From contig NC_043011.1 in NCBI RefSeq assembly GCF_006345805.1, positions 17,682,464-17,746,463 of the forward strand: a DNA stretch of 64,000 bases, written 5' to 3'. The DNA comes from Octopus sinensis (lineage: Eukaryota). The notes under the pieces are model-generated. The model was not told the DNA's origin and made no database searches. It was given only the letters and a program-made list of their open reading frames with translations. Both the position numbers and the translations under genes were made by a program. Positions 62,378-64,000 of this stretch are shown here, piece by piece (the stretch's first letter is position 1; each line of letters starts with the position of its first letter).

Positions 62378-63450
62378 ATCCAACCGGTTTTCGCTATTTA
62401 AATTAGCTTTTCATGTGGCATTGTACTGTAATCAATTCTCGTGACAGAGAGGTCTCGTCAGTTTGGATGTTTAAAAAATAAGAATCACTCTAAAGAGTGA
62501 ACCAAGGGAAGCAACGGGTGGCAAGGGGGGCAACTGGCTCCTTTGTATAATTTTGAAAATGGTGAAACTTGTATATTGAGGTGCTGTCTGTAGTTTTGTA
62601 TGAATAGGTTTTCCTTGTTTAGACGTTCTTGTACTGTGATTGAACTTTTGTTTTGGTGCAATGGGAAGATATGAAAATTCGGCGTTTTATTACTTGTGCA
62701 TGTGTCAATATGTCCGCTCAGTGCTATCTACCTGTATTCAGGGAAACAAATATGTTCTTTATACAGCGTGACTCTGCGTCTCAAAGTAAGGCTCGTTTGG
62801 ACCACATAATTGTGACCACAACCTGAGCAGGTTAGGACATAGATAAGGTTCTGGGAAGCACATGTGAAGTTGGTCTCAATTGAAAATTTCTGTCCTTGCT
62901 GGAATGTGAATTCCGAGCCTTCAATTAGGTATGGGCATGTACCACAATTAGGTCGTCTGAATTTTTAACTGTTGGTATCGTATAGTTTTGTTAGGAGTCT
63001 CTTGAGGGATTTGTCTTGTATTTTGCATTTTAGTAGTTTGTGTGCATTTAGGATGCTGTTCATTTTCGGGTCTTGAGTGTGCAGAGGGAGATTTTGTATA
63101 ATTGTGCTGTATGCTTCGTTGTTTCTGGGGTTCTTGGTTGATATGTATGGGAGTGATTTAAGGTGAGGTGTGGTGTTTTGTTTTGTTGTCCTCGATATCT
63201 TTTTGCCCAATTTCTTGGCACGTTTAATTCCATGTTCTATAAGTGTAGGTGGGTATTGGCGTTCAATGAGTGTTATTTTGAGTTCTTGTTGGCGAAGTTC
63301 CCGAGTGGTTGTGTCAGATGCGATTGAACTTTGCTAGAATGAATGGGATATTTATTTTGGTGTGTTTTGGATAGCATAAACTGAAAAGGAGATACTCTTT
63401 TGAGTATGTTGCTTTATAGTAAACGTCGGTTGCAATTTGGTTGATGGAAC
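62378..63450 (-). mobile_element. Penelope-like element 3' part: RT thumb, linker, GIY-YIG endonuclease and 3' terminal region
   Basis: The minus strand reads ATDVYYKATYSKEYLLFSLCYPKHTKINIPF, ELRQQELKITLIERQYP..LIEHGI, YISTKNPRN..IIQNLP...KSLKRLLT, PNCGTCPY, FTCASQNLIYVLTCSGCGHNYV.QT, and ERLNKENLFIQ. A few stops and frameshifts. Confidence 0.9.
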
Positions 63451-63454
63451 ATAT

Positions 63455-64000
63455 CTTACGGGAGAAACCCAAAATAATCAATTTATATAAGAAAACTTTC
63501 TCCACAACAAAAATCCATATTTTAGCTAAATGTTTAAAATTTACACCCGCTCCACGTAGACCCAACGCCAATGAAATTAAAGATAATATTGCAGAATTCT
63601 GTTGATAACATCGATTGACAGAAGCACTAACCAACTACAACAATGATTGCGAATCACTAGTGAGAAACAAAAGTAATTATCTACCACCCAAAGGAAGGAA
63701 TAAAACACTAGACGACTTCTGCAACTGTATCCAGAATTTTCCTTACACTATCATGCAAACATTGTACGTAACTTCAACAACATACAATGGATGAACCTAC
63801 CACAGCTAAAAAGCGACAGACCTGACAATCAAAGAAGCAGACAAAGGTAGTGTTGTAATAGTGACGGACACAGAATACTATAAAAACCTAGCATTGTTCA
63901 TACAAGAAAATTACTCCCTTTTTGCAAATTATACACAGCAAAATACTTTTAAAATCTTGCAACTTTAATATTCAAACAGGGAAAAGGCCTAACAGAAAAT
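63455..64000 (+). mobile_element. Penelope-like element 5' part (N-terminus and start of RT), running off the window
   Basis: The plus strand reads KIINLYKKTFS..IHILAKCLKFTPAP..NEIKDNIAEF, KSNYLPPKGRNKTLD.F and LTIKEADKGSVVIV.D.EYY. These match the PLE N-terminal VINLS..L.KGL.F.P.P and I..ADKG..VV motifs. Confidence 0.85.

Noticed and set aside
1-64000. Prokaryotic features (operons, rRNA, IS elements, defence systems)
   Set aside because: Coding density is very low, microsatellites and SINEs are abundant, and no such sequence was recognised.

Overview
AT-rich, repeat-dense eukaryotic genomic DNA, not prokaryotic. The SINE families and the TTAGGG-type repeat point to an animal, most likely an octopod cephalopod; this is recall-based inference, not a database result. 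No complete host gene is recognisable, and most ORFs in the supplied track are translations of microsatellites or SINEs. The window holds: (1) two (ATT)n microsatellite clusters (about 1.9-6.8 kb and 15.9-18.1 kb) stacked with same-orientation R4/Dong-like RLE-type non-LTR retrotransposons and a ~520-bp non-coding passenger element; (2) a CR1/L2-group RT fragment with an uninterrupted frame; (3) several Penelope-like element (PLE) pieces, including two inverted structures and minimal type-I hammerhead ribozyme motifs at 48376-48420 and 52397-52442; (4) a decayed Helitron PIF1-type helicase; (5) two RTE-clade fragments; (6) three tRNA-derived SINE families, one inserted twice as TSD-flanked head-to-tail dimers; (7) three MITE types, including a ~450-bp element with GGATC-starting TIRs, an 8-bp TSD and an internal telomere-like (TAACCC)n tract, present twice in opposite orientation; and (8) a few low-confidence candidate host exons. 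All alignments, translations and folds were done by eye. Boundaries are approximate unless a TSD or TIR fixes them.
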